From Camelus dromedarius (Eukaryota): DNA of 64,000 nucleotides. How positions within the stretch are numbered: position 1 is the stretch's first letter; every line of letters begins with the position of its first letter. The notes beneath the pieces are model-generated. The model was not told where the DNA came from. It saw only the letters and a list, made by a program, of their open reading frames with translations, and ran no database searches. The stretch lies in contig NC_087437.1 of NCBI RefSeq assembly GCF_036321535.1, positions 28,708,001 through 28,772,000 on the forward strand, written 5' to 3'. Below are positions 40,161-52,586 of this stretch, in pieces. The translations under genes and the position numbers were made by a program.

Positions 40161-43155
40161 AACAGAGGTGCAAATTTAGAGTTGTCCCAGATTCCAATAC
40201 TTGCTTGACAACATATTTAAGGAACTAAATTCACACACAATTTTCCTAGCTATGTAATTCTTTTTTTATTTTCATGCGAAGAAAGTTTTACATTAATTAT
40301 GCTTTTTGGGTCTCACTTCATTTACTATTTACTTAATTTACTCTCTAATTAAAAAAAATAAGGTTAAAAGATGTAATACACCTAAAGTCCTAAGGAAGTT
40401 GTTTTGCACATGACCAGACCTCAAAGCAGATTCTCTCTCCAGGAATATCTCTCTCTCTTTTATTTTTTTCTAAAAAAGACATAGAATGAAAGAAACCTAA
40501 AAGTTATGTCCAAATGGTATATGGGGAGAGGATGCTAACATTTTTCTTTTTAGAGATAATATCTCTTTCTTAAAGAATTTATTTATTACCTTTGATTCTA
40601 GTATCTTCTCTTTCAAATTTTGATAAATTGGGAAACTATCCCCATAACAGCTGGAGAATATTTAAGAAGAATGGCATTTCTATACTGTCTGGGCTCTGCC
40701 AGCTAATCACCATGTGACTTTGGTAGACACTTGGAAGACTGTTTCTTATTATAAAACAAGAGGTTTCAACTTGGTGGTCCTTAAGTATAAGGACGTCAAG
40801 AAAAAATTTGCTGACTTATAAACTCAGATTACATTACATGCATTAAAAATTAATTTTAATTCTCTCAGAAAGAATAATAAAAATCAGGAGCTCTGGCGAC
40901 ACTGATCCCACAGTTCCGAATGGTGAGTAGGATCACTCTGTCCACCTGGGGTGTATTACTGGCCATGGGTCACGCTCATTTTTGTTTGGCTTCGTTCATT
41001 TATGCCACGTTCTTGGCTCTAAAGATGTCAGAGTCTGCTCCTCCCAGGTGACATGATCTCCCAAGTGCCTTCGTCCCCTGACAGCACCAGGACTCGCTAA
41101 TCTGCCCCAGCCTTACTTCTTCCTTGCTCTGCTCACGCCCATAAGAGAGCCTGGGATTACTCTGTGTCTTGTGCACTGGGGTCTGCACCACGGGTGAGGG
41201 CTGTGGCTTGCTTTTGCTCTGGGCCTGACTTGAGGTGAGACGCCGGAGAGAAAAAAGAGGAAGGGGGGATACGGAGACTTGAGTGGAAACGGTAGAGGAG
41301 AGAAATACACCAGAGTTTTGGCTTTTCTCCCTCATCTGTCTGACCAAGTGCTTGTTGACTCTGTCTGTATTTAATTTATAATGTGCCACTCATTTAGAAC
41401 AGGGTTCAGCAATCTGAGTCCCCCTCCAATTTTGGCTGCATTAAGAACTGGAGAATGAGTAATAGCTTATTATTAAAAGGAAGTAAAAAGGAAGCCAAAA
41501 TTATACTTCTGTATTTTTAAAGAAAATCGTTTGTGTGTGTGTTGAGAAAAGCAAAATTTCAGACAGATTTGCAAAAGATGATTACTAACCAAAAGGTGGA
41601 TCGTGTTTAAAAAACAAAATGGGAATGATGACTTTGGGAACTGGAGAGACTGGGGAGAAAACTGACAAGGACACCCTCCACGAGCAGCGTGAATGTGGTA
41701 ACGGTGGAATGAGAATAATGTCTGAAAGGAAGGAAATGGAGGTCTTATCGTGGAAGCCAAAAAAGATTGCATTTTCGTTTTCCCCAGAATTACTGTTATC
41801 AGCTGTGACTGATGATGAAGGACCACTTACCATTCCCTTCGAAGAATAATCACCAACCTCTTCTTTGGCACAATCTCCCATGAACTAACATGACAAAGAC
41901 AGAATTTTGCCCTAATTCTTGAAAGAACAGGAAAACACTGATGTAATCCATTTGTTTAATTCTAGAATACCTTTCCCTGAAGTCTCTTTTTGCATTGCCA
42001 AACTGGGAAGGGATGTCTAGGGGAGTAATTAAAAGCTTTAAACATGAAAGAAAGAGAAATTCTTATTGCAGCCTGGGGACTCAGTGAGAATAATGGGAAC
42101 CAAGAGAAACTGAGACAGGCAAGCAAAAGTTGGTGGGAAAATACATGAGCATCTAAGAGATGCTTAAAGTTGGTGCCAATGAGAATTGATGGCTCCAGTT
42201 TACCTTTGCACAGTCTATGCTAAGCAAATTTGTATTTTAAACGAGATGGCCAGTGGCAGAGCAACGTCTGCCCAAGAGGACAGACTCCTTGAGGGCTCGG
42301 GCTGTTTCCTTTTGATTATAGATTGGTGTAGATAGTGCATTAAAGTCCTTTCCTTAGAACTTCTACATTTAGAGCAGTTAGAGTTACTGTTATGACCTGA
42401 ACATATAAACTGTGCATTTTAAAAGTAGTATTCTATAATGCTAATTTGAATGTACACAGATGAAAATTCTGCAGGCAGTCTTGGCTGGACATAGTCAAAA
42501 CTGGAGTCATTATGTGTTTTTCTTATACTTCACTGGTTGGTTCCTCCCCCTACCCCCTCCAGTCTCCTTTACTGGTCCTTGCTCTTCTTTACAACCCATG
42601 AACCCTGATTCAGAGACTGTTCTCAGCCTTCATACTTCTTACATGAATTCACTCAGGTTCATGGCTTTAATACATACATACATACACACACACTCTGACT
42701 TCCCAACCCAACCCTTGAGTTATAAACTCATACATTTAATTGCTTACTCAACACATCCATTTTTCTATATCTAATCTATTCAATATCTAATACTTACCCC
42801 AAAGGTTACATATTTGGAGAACTGTTGAGTATAAACTCGATGAGCTTAGGGACTTTATCTAAAAATAATAGTTATGCAGTAAAAGCATGCTAAATATTTC
42901 TGGAATGAATTAACAAGTGATTATCCTAATTCACCCCCAAATCTGCATCTTGTTCTTTTTTTAAATTTAAGTCTCCTGCTATACCTCCAGCTGGCCAAGG
43001 TAGAAGACTGAGAATTTCTCATTGTTCCTGTATCTTGCCTTACACGTCATTAAATCCTCTTAATTGTCCCTGAGAAAATTATCTGTAATCCATTTCTTTC
43101 TATTACTACTATCACTACAAATTCTTTTCTTCTCTAACAAAAGCATGATACCTTC

Positions 43156-43547
43156 TGTTATGGCCTGAATTGTAACCTCCAAATTCATATATTGAAGACT
43201 TAACCCCTAGTACCTCAAAATGCGACTGTATAGACAGAGCCTTCAAAGAGAAAATCAAATTAAAATAAAGCTGTTAGGGTGGGACCTAAGCCAGTCTGAC
43301 TGTTGCCATTATGAAAAAGGGGCTATCAGGACACCAGAGAGAAATCAGGGATGTGGATGAACAGAGGAAAGATCATGTGAGGACACAGTGAGGTCCTGCA
43401 AGCCAGAGAGGGGCCTCAGGAGAAAGCAAATCTGCAGACACCTTGATCTTGGACTAGCCCCTAGGACTATGCAGAAATAAATTTCTGTTGTTCAAGCCAC
43501 CCAGTCCATGGTAGTTTGTTATGGCAGCCCCAGCAAACTAATATATC
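43156..43547 (+). mobile_element. MaLR LTR (MLT1B-like)
   Basis: TGTTATGGCCTGAATTGT...CCCTAGTACCTCAAAATGCGAC ... AATAAATTTCTGTTGTTCAAGCCACCCAGT...GCAAACTAATA. Confidence 0.9.
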
Positions 43548-44013
43548 TTCCCTAAAACCATCCTCTAGTCTTCCCTAACAAGATGTCATACCCTATCTAT
43601 CTACCTATCGCAGGTGGGAAAAAAGGAAAAGAAGTATTAAAAATTACACTTTACAGATGAGTAGAAAGGAATTATTCTTATATACATAGATAGAAGATTC
43701 TTATATTCTTATATACATACATAGAAAATTGTATGAGGAAGAACTACTTCTTGGAGCTGGTAAAATTTATGTTGTCAGCATTTACCATGGAATGAAGAAA
43801 CAAAAAACTCCAATTTTTTTTTCTTTTTATTTTGTGTTTCTATTTCATAAGAGGAGTAGTAGGTTTGAATACTGAACAGAAGGGATACAATCTGGTGAAT
43901 TCTGCATAATTTCCCCCTTTTTTTGTCCCAGAATACACTTGGAGCTCTTGGGTACTTCCCATAAGGAAAATCTTAGAGAAGGCAGGTATATGAATATAGG
44001 TATTTTATGTGTA

Positions 44014-44122
44014 TTTTTTTTTAACATTTTTTATTGAGTTACAGTCATTTTACAATGTTGTGTCAAATTCCAGTGTAGAGCACGATTTTTCAATTATACA
44101 TGAGCATACATATATATTCATT
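44014..44122 (-). mobile_element. Young L1 3' end (about 110 bp)
   Basis: Reverse complement of the same 3' UTR as 60380-60490. Confidence 0.88.
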
Positions 44123-47100
44123 GTAGGTATTTTAAAACAGAGGGCCTCATGGGAAGAACACCAGGTATCTGTATTAATATGGCTCAGTGGATAAACACAC
44201 ACATTTGCCTATTAGTTATCTCACAAAAGCACAGATTGCCTTTATTTTTAATAGAAGACGTTTCTTCTATACCAACTGCAAAGATAGTAAGGCCTCGGGT
44301 ATCGTAAATGCTACCCCAGGACAGTGAATCACTGAGCCCAAGAGCTTTCTGAAGGCTAAAATAGCACGAGGACAAATACCTGCGAATGTCCTCACTAGAG
44401 TCCTTGCAAGACAGAGAAACAACCCCAGGACTCAGCACCCAACAGAATTTCAAGCACTTTTAATCTGGGCAACTGTGACAATCATTCCTAGAAACCAAGG
44501 GGAGACCTCTTTAACCAGTTCAGCCACATTCCCAGAAGCTCGGGCTTCAGAGCCAGGTTCAGTCTCCAAGAAATCCTCACCTGTGGGATAACAGGTTCTG
44601 TGGCTGCTTGTGGAAAGTGACTGGCATCAATTCCAGAAAAGGTACTATTGATTTTGACGACTGTACCTTTTCTGAGAAACAGAGCGAGAAGTCAAGAAGC
44701 TGGGCGAAAGTGACAGCCGTGAGATGCTGCAGTCACCAAGGAGGACAGGCATCCACCCAGGGGCTGGTTAAAAGCAGGCCTGACAGAACTATTCTGGAGT
44801 GATAGAGATGAGATCAATGCGTATCTGGGGGATTAGGAACTGACTGCCAAAGACATAAGTGAACTTTCTGGGCTGATGGAAACATATGCTTTAATTGAGG
44901 AAGTTGGTTACACCAGTGTATAGACTTGTCAAAACTCATCCAGCTATCCGTTAATATGGATGCATTTTATTGTAGCTAAATCAGATTATACCTTCATAAA
45001 ATTGCTTAAAAATGAAAATCAGGGTTGGGAGAGTGAATGGATTTGGAAGCAGGGTCCTAAGGCAAAACGGGGCGGCAGAGAGTGTCCTGGAGCTGTCCCC
45101 TTTCTGAACTGTATGAGCCCCGTGTTCCTCCTCCTCCTCCTGGCCTAGATACAGGGGTCCCCGAGGGCCCCTCAAGCTTCTCTGGCAGAACTTCTTGTCT
45201 ACAACTTGCCCTCTTTTTCGTCACAGAATTCTATCCCCATTTCCCCATTTCTCTCTCTCCCTCCCTCCTTCCTTCCTACTTTCCTTTTTATTCTTTTTTT
45301 TTTCATTAAAATCAATTTCAAGAGGGACAATTATCTTAAAGGAAGGTGTTTACTCTTTTAGACAATAAGAAGAAACTTTAAAAACGAAAACTGATGGATT
45401 GACTAGCTACTTGAAATTTGGTAACTGAGTAGGTGACTGAAAGTTTTGGATGGGAGAGTTTGCCCAAGCTCCCTACTCTGTGCCCAGCTTCACCTTGCAT
45501 ATGACCAGAATGCAGCATCACTGCCCAGTGAGGATCGCAGGCTTCAGAGTCAATTAGACATGGGTTCGAATCCCATCTCTGCCACTTACAAGCCACATGA
45601 CGTTTGAAATGTTGCTAAATCTCACTAAACCTGTATCCTCATCTATCCTGGGCAGTTAATATTACCTATCTCACTGGATTATAAGGATTACATGATATAA
45701 CAAGGGGTTTGGAATTTGTTAGTTCTTTTTTCTTTCTGTTTCCTGATGCTCAGACAGTCCCCACCTTAGCCCAACCAGGCTTGCCAGCAGGATTCCTGAG
45801 AGGACCATGGCAACTCTAGGGCAATATGCGAACGGACAAGAAAAAAAATCATCATACAGTCTGGGGTATGATGAGTTAAATGACAAATACGCTCATCTGA
45901 GATGATAATCAAGAGAGCAGTACAGATGTCCTTCTCTACAGGGACAGGAATTTATATCTGTTTTATTCCCTCGTCTATTGCTGGGGTGTAAAACCCAACA
46001 CAGAGTAGGCACACACATCTTTGTTACATGAAAGAATATTAAACAAAATATGTTGCCACTTTAAGCAAGACCAAAAGAAATAAGTAAAACCATTCTCTTT
46101 AAATGACTTAGGATCTGGATCGCCACTGGCACTTTCCAAAATGAGTTTTACAAAAAGCTTTACTCTGAGAACGTTACAATTGTCTGCAAAGTTGCTTGGG
46201 AACAATATAAGGAAAGAAAATTTTTGAATGTCAGCAAAACTTCTCTGTACATCCCACACACAAAATAAAATCTTTTATCATTAAAAAAAATCTCTTTAAG
46301 TAATTGCAAAAGTGTAAAGAAAATAAAATCACACCATCCAGGTAGACTGTTTTAAGATGTTTATGTGTTTTCCTTTCAGTTTTTCTGTGTTTTCAAGCAC
46401 CATGTAAATACTCACAAATCTGCATACATTTTCAAGAGCTGAAATTATATTATGGATGAACTTTTAAATTCCAATTTTTATTACACCACACTGTAAGCAT
46501 TTCATTCTAATCATCCTTCCTAATGTTTTTAAACTGCTGCATATTCTATGGAACACGTATTCAAAATTTATGAGGGATGAGCCTAGATGTGTTGCAGAGG
46601 TAAAGAATTCCGTGCAGATGCCATCAATAATGTTTGGATCAGGAATGAAGTACTTGTGCCCCGCCCCCTCCCACGACAGTGATGTCACGCTATCTGTGGC
46701 ACTGAAAAGTAGCACTTCTGGGAATCAGACTAAGTAGATACAAAGGATACCTGAAGGCCTGGAGTTGAAAGGCCTTAGGAGGAAGAAGACTGAAAAGGAA
46801 AGTCAGAAAATCAATGCTCAATGCCCTGTTGGCTGTTCCAAAGTGCTCCTGGCAGTGAGAGTTCTGTCCATTATTAAGGAATCAAGGAAACGATGTATCT
46901 ATGTGTGAGAGCTGGCATCCTTCCCTCCCTTCACACTTGAGCAGCCTGGAAGGAAGAGATTTCCAAGTGAATGTAACAGCTCTCTAAGATGGACTATCTC
47001 TGCTGTGACGGTAGGTGACAGTTATTGGGTGCTCACTGTGTCCCAGGAGCTCTTTGACGTCCTTTCTGTGCATTAACTTATTTAATCCTCATGACAATTC

Positions 47101-47276
47101 CAATAAACAATTTCCATTATTATCCCATTATCCTCTCATCACAGAAATGATAAAGGAGGCACAGAGAAGTTATAAAAATTGTCCTCAGACAATTAAGATT
47201 TAAGTCCAGGAGTTCTGGTCCCAGAATATGTATGTATATGTAGTTGTATGTGTGTGGGTATAATTCACATACTGCA

Positions 47277-47309
<33 letters not shown>

Positions 47310-47639
47310 TTTCCCTATTGCTGTTTTTCCCAAGCGACCAAAACTTTGCCTGCATTACCATCTAACTATGGTCCAACTCTTTTGTCCTCTGTTTACGAGA
47401 ATTTGAGAACTACATTCATTGTAGCTAACTTCCTCACCTCACATGTTTACCCCATCTCACTGAAAATGTGTTTTTCTTCTCCCTGTTCCGTTAACGTAGT
47501 TCTTACAATATCACCAACAGCTCTTCTAATTGCCAAGGAGATGTCTCAGACATTGGACCTTTTTGTAGATTTTTTAAAAGTTAGGAACTTCTTCCTAGAT
47601 ATTCTCCACCATTTAGTGTCTATAACTCTGAACATCCTT

Positions 47640-47680
47640 TTTTAAATTCAAGTACAGTTGATTTACAATGTTGTGTTAGT
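47640..47680 (-). mobile_element. Ultra-short L1 3' end (41 bp)
   Basis: AAGTACAGTTGATTTACAATGTTGTGTTAGT matches the L1 tail seen at 10040-10075 and 39205-39230. TSD TCTGAACATCCTT at 47627-47639 and 47681-47693. Confidence 0.85.
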
Positions 47681-48699
47681 TCTGAACATCCTTGTTTTGT
47701 TTTGTGTTTTTATGGCACTTATTTTTCTATCTGCTTAATGCTATTAAGCAGTGCTATTCGGACAGTCCACAGCTGACATTCTCCAGGTCTTCATTCTCAT
47801 CCCACTGTTTTTCTCACTGTGCTTGTTCTCTCTGTCTAATACCATCATTTTTAAACTTTTCACCTCTCATCCTTATGTAATAATTCTCCAGCTTATAAAT
47901 TTCCAGAACTGGATGCAAGTCTATCCAGATTTATTTAGATCTAATTATCAGCTTCTGCCTCCCATGCCTGTTTCTACACTTCCTCTGGGCCGACTGCTAC
48001 TTGGCCCTTAAAGCTCGGTTCCAGTGTTCCCTTCTCTAGATCTAACAGGTGTTGTTAGCCTTCTCGGTAACTTGTGCGTATTTGTATCACTGCAAGCAAG
48101 TGACTATGCTCTTATCACCACCCGTCCCCACAAGAATGCAGGCTTCCTGAGGGTAGGGACTTTGGGTTAAATAACTTTAGTATTCCCTACATTAAAGCAT
48201 TTCCTGGCGAGTGGTTGACACTCTAGAAATACTCGGAAAATGAAATGAAGAATGAAAATACCGCAAACTGGATATGAGTCATCACTTCTGAGCTACTGAG
48301 CAGGGTTCTTCTACTTTAACACACTTTTAAGTCACATACTTAACCTACTTGTAATCAAGTTGCTGTGTCTTAATTGCATCTGTTATATTTGAAGTTCAAT
48401 CAAAAACCATTTTGTTAAATGATCTGTTTTGAAAATTGGATAATCTAATTATTTTAATTTTTTAATAAATGAAAGATTGCCAGAATCATATGTTAGTCCA
48501 TGTTGTCCAGCAGAGAACAATGGCCAAAACAGAATCTTTCTTTGATTCTGCCACTTTGTCCCAGCAACATCACAACTAGTATCATTTATAATAATACAGT
48601 ACTTGAAAAAGGTATTGGATATTAGATCAGATCTCTACTAACCCTTAGGTAAACCCTGGAATTCGCTTTTAAAATAAATCCCTTTATCATCCTGTATTA

Positions 48700-49600
48700 A
48701 TGAAATTTATTCTTTAACCTCATTTGACCTCATCTGAATTGACCACTCTTTCCCCCCTGTCTTTTATGATGTCTCTCTGACTCCCCTTCTCTTTCTTCAT
48801 GGTGCCCTCTCTCCATCTCCTTGGCTGCTCTTGTCATCCATTTAAAGTCATTTAATGAGTCCTTTCTGAGACTCTGCTGATGAGCCACTTTCTCCCTGGG
48901 TGTCCTTGTTTACTTCCATGGTACCATTGTTTTGCCCAACAGAGCTCTCTCTTCTGAGCTTCAAAGTCATACAGTCATTTGCTTGCTCAGTATCTTTACT
49001 TGAATTTCTAACTGCTACCTCTGACAACATATTCCAAACTGAACTTGTTTTGTCCTCAATTTCCCCCTCCCGGTCAGTGAACGACACCATTGCTCACGGA
49101 ATATGCCAGCCATAGTACTGGGAGTCATTCTCTTCTTTTCTCTGTCTCTCACCATCTGTCAATCACCAAATCACACTGATCTCACCTACTTGATATCTCT
49201 GCAATCCATCCACTTACAGCTTTCTCCTCTGCCACTGTCACCATCTAAGTCACCATCATCTTCTTTTCTGCATTACTCTAATGCACTTGTAAGTAGTCCC
49301 TGGCAGCTACTTTTGCTCCTATACTATCTATTATTCACACTGTTGACCCAGTGATCCTTTAAAACTCATTGATTTGATCATGTCATTCCCATGCTTTAAA
49401 CTCTAAATGACTTCCCACTGCTTTTAGGACAAGTTCCAAAATATATTTCAAATTGCCTATAAAGGCTTGCCTTCCTCTTCAAGCTCATCATTCTCTCTCT
49501 TTTCCTAGATTTATTTCCACATATCAATCATGAAAACCTTTTGTTTCTCAAAAAAAAAAATACTTTTTTTTCCTATTTCAGGGGCTTTTTTCATGTTTCT
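48700..49600 (+). mobile_element. L2 LINE fragment
   Basis: CATATTCCAAACTGAACTTG...ATCTGTCAATCACCAAATC...GATCATGTCATTCCCATGCTTTAAACTC. Confidence 0.75.
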
Positions 49601-50049
49601 GTTTATATTAAAGCAGAAATAAAATATCCACATGGTTAAAAAACTCAAGCAGTATAAAAATCTATAAAATAAAAATGGAAATCTTTCCTCTCAGTCCTAT
49701 CCTGTTGCTCTTATCAAAAGTATCCAATGTGCCTCTTGCATGTTTTCCTAAAATATGTATGTGTGTATTTGTGTGCATTTTTTTGGAAGGAGGAGGAAGA
49801 AATGGGTTTACTTTATATTCTGTAATATAGTGCAGTGATTAAAGTACAAATTCTGAAACGTTACTGCCTGAATTCAAATTTCACCTCTGCCACAAGGCAG
49901 ACTTGTGGTCATGAATGAGTTATTTACTCACTGTGTGTCTCAGTTTCCTCATCTATAAAATGAGAAATTAACAGGATTTATCTCACAGATTACTGTGAAT
50001 ATTAAGTGAATATACACATACACATACAAGCACACATGGATGTTGATTC

Positions 50050-51720
50050 TACTCATTGCTGAGTGTGTTTATTTCAACAACACACTCTAAACTTAGAAAA
50101 TAACTATAAGATGGATACATGGGTGTACCATTCCCACGATGGGAGGTACCCAAGCCTAACTCCTGTTTCTCATCCAATCTCCAAAGGCTTAGATTGACTG
50201 GTTACATTCTGGGTTAACTAATGATCCCTAAAGCTGGGGCATTTAATTCAACCAAACGTGCACTTCCTTGGCAAATAGCCACCTGTCCTTTTGAGAAAGG
50301 CAAAAGGAAACATTAGAGGGCATATTCTTGATGCTGCTTTATGGTTTTTCTTCAGAGTATCTGGACTTCCCCTTCACTTGTGGGGCTTTGAGTCTGAGAA
50401 TTCCCTCAGGTCTAGGAACTGACAAGCTGTGAGTTTGTGAAGACTTCTTATTGTGGCACAAGTCAGTGGTCTGATTACCAGATACATTCCACAGTTCAGA
50501 TAGGATCTTGGTGACCCAAGGAACCCTGTGATTAATTAGCCACCACCACTGACCTCTGTAGATAAAACCAGTGTGAGAATCACCTTGACTCGACTGCCTG
50601 CTGTGCTAGCTATACCTCCATCTGCCATCCTGGGATTCATCCACCCCACCAACTTTGCCAACCTGTAACCTGTAAGGACCTGTAATCGCACAGCTCCAAA
50701 GGATTTTGGTGCTTTATACTCCAGTTTACTCCCCCTAGAGAGAACTGTCTGTCAAACCCTCTGCAGGGACATAAGGGAATGAGTGAGTGAGACACATGCA
50801 AGACTTTGAGTTACTACCTCCATTTAAACAAACAAACAAACAAACAAACCTAATTACTTCCTCCCCAAACAGAAACAAACAACCAAAAAAAGGCTGAGTT
50901 ACTTTCTTTACCATATACAATGATTACTCTCTTATCCAGCTTCCTTTAGTTGGATCACTGTTGAATATGGTTTTCAATTGAACACTACTGTTGCTCAAGC
51001 TGCCATGATAAATCCCAAATCCCCAATGAATTCATTTTTATTGGTGAATCGGCCTGTTACAAAATTATATATTGCCCTCCTTGGTCCAGCACTTTGGGAT
51101 TCCATTCTCTCATATATTCTCAGTGTTTTTCCAAGAAAAATTATTGAAGATTTCTAATTTCGCTGCTGGTAAGCTTTCTCTTTCAAGGTATAAATTGTGA
51201 TTGAGACCTTGAAGGGTCTCAATATAGGTCTGTGGACAATTTAAGATGGTGGTAGTAAGGCTTAAAAAGAATTAGCTTCCCATTACAAGGTAACTGCTTC
51301 CAATAACATCATTACCTGGTCTTCAAGCAAGACAGGAACACACTGGACAACAGACTGGAGAGAAAGGATTGCTTCTGTTAGCAAAGCATACTTAGTGGGA
51401 TTTGGGGACTCTGAGCCATCTGAAGTCTGCCATTTCAATTACTGGGCACTCATGTTTTTCCAATGTCTTAATTTTCTGTAGGAGACCGAGTGAGCCTGTG
51501 AATTCATTCTAGGTCATTCCATGTAATACCTGATTTATCTATTCTTCCTTTTGTGCACCATGTCCTACAAAAATCCTGTCCCTAATGCTAGTTTTTCAGA
51601 GCCATCAGCCTCTATCTGATTCTATCCTAGGTTCTCCCTAGTTCTGCAAACTGTGTTGCCCACATATTTGTTGACAGCTATTTCTAGATTGCTCAAAGCT
51701 CTTCGTTGTACACAACAAAA
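50050..51720 (-). mobile_element. ERVL/MaLR internal region (gag-pro remnant), heavily decayed
   Basis: Minus strand near 51040-51120 translates EYMREWNPKVLDQGGQYIIL*QAD, resembling ERV-L gag EWILRVxDxGGRNIxLDQAE. Near 50350-50425 it translates QFLDLREFSDSKPHK*RGS, resembling the ERV-L gag end QFPDLSQFTDPEPLE*RGG. Confidence 0.75.
50816..50891 (+). mobile_element. 3' fragment of a Vic-1-like SINE
   Basis: ACCTCCATTTAAACAAAC...CCTAATTACTTCCTCCCC plus an A-rich tail. TSD TGAGTTACT at 50807-50815 and 50895-50903. Confidence 0.75.
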
Positions 51721-52422
51721 GCTGACTCTGGAGGCTATTCTAAACATGGTGTTTTTCCTTTCATTGTATTACACATTTGGTTACTGTTTGATCTAAGGAA
51801 TCTAATAATTTTTATATGAAGTTTTTGATCATCCAACTTACTGATTTCTCTAGGTTTTTTTTGTTCTAGCTGTTATTCCAAAAATGCAGTTGTTACATCT
51901 GCAACAATCAGTAATTTTCTCCTTTTCTTCAGTGTTACCTCATTTCTTTCTCTTGCATATTTGTTTTGCTAATGTTTTTAGAACAATGTACATAATGGAG
52001 GTATTAGTGGACATTCTTGTCTTGTTTATGCTTTTAATAGTAATGTTTCTACCAGTGGTTTACCATTAAGCTTACTGATGGTGACTTTTGGCTTGAGAGA
52101 GGTACTATGCAATAAAAACTATTATTTTTCAAAAATATTTTTATTCTACCAAAGATGTTTATGAAACATAGATTTTGAATTTTGTCGAGTGAGGTTTGAG
52201 ATCACTTGAAAGGATCATATATTTTCCCTTTTGAGCTATTAGCATGATGTAGTTTAACAGGAATTCTAGAGTTTCTAATTTACATCCCATTATTTTTGGA
52301 TATTTCAGTCATATCCCATTCTTCTTCTTAATCTTACCTTGTCCTTTTCATGATCTTCTAATTTAGAGGATAAGAAAACTTATTTTTGGTCCCCAAAAAA
52401 TCACTTTTAAGATTGAATTGCT

Positions 52423-52529
52423 ATGCTCGTTTTGGCAGCACATACACTAAAACTGGAACGATACAGAGAAGATTAGCACGGCCCCTGCGCAAGGATGACA
52501 CACAAACTCGTGAAGCATTCCATATTTTT
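52423..52529 (+). pseudogene. RNU6: U6 snRNA retropseudogene, essentially full length (5' part of a U6/L1 chimera)
   Basis: (A)TGCTCGTTTTGGCAGCACATACACTAAAACTGGAACGATACAGAGAAGATTAGCACGGCCCCTGCGCAAGGATGACACACAAACTCGTGAAGCATTCCATATTTTT aligns without gaps to vertebrate U6 with about 9 transitions. The ACAGAGA box is intact. It is followed directly by an L1 tail and flanked by a TSD. Confidence 0.96.
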
Positions 52530-52586
52530 GGAATTTGACACAACATTGTAAAATGATTATAAATCAATAAAAAATGTTAAAAAAAA
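52530..52586 (+). mobile_element. Young L1 extreme 3' end fused to U6
   Basis: GGAATTTGACACAACATTGTAAAATGATTATAAATCAATAAAAAATGTT-polyA matches the L1 3' ends at 60425-60490, 44018-44070 (-) and 62608-62660 (-). TSD AAGATTGAATTGCTAT at 52409-52424 and 52585-52600. Confidence 0.92.

Larger units (their letters stand above)
41117..46789 (-). other. Candidate spliced exon cluster (46751-46789, 44581-44671, 44380-44402, 41831-41884, 41117-41224); coding status unknown
   Basis: Each segment is bounded on the minus strand by pyrimidine tract+AG and GT donors (GTATCC, GTGAGG, GTATTT, GTAAGT, GTAAGG). They splice into one open frame. No protein family recognised. Confidence 0.3.

Noticed and set aside
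45807..45905. Kozak-context small ORF MATLGQYANGQEKKSSYSLGYDELNDKYAHLR
   Set aside because: A 32-codon ORF is within chance expectation and has no independent support.
51200..51223. 9-bp hairpin ATTGAGACC/GGTCTCAAT (also 7-bp TAAGACC/GGTCTTA near 56711)
   Set aside because: Short enough to arise by chance in 64 kb, and both lie in decayed repeat sequence.
52423..52529. Functional U6 gene
   Set aside because: About 9 substitutions, a TSD, a fused L1 tail and no recognisable upstream PSE/TATA indicate a retrocopy.
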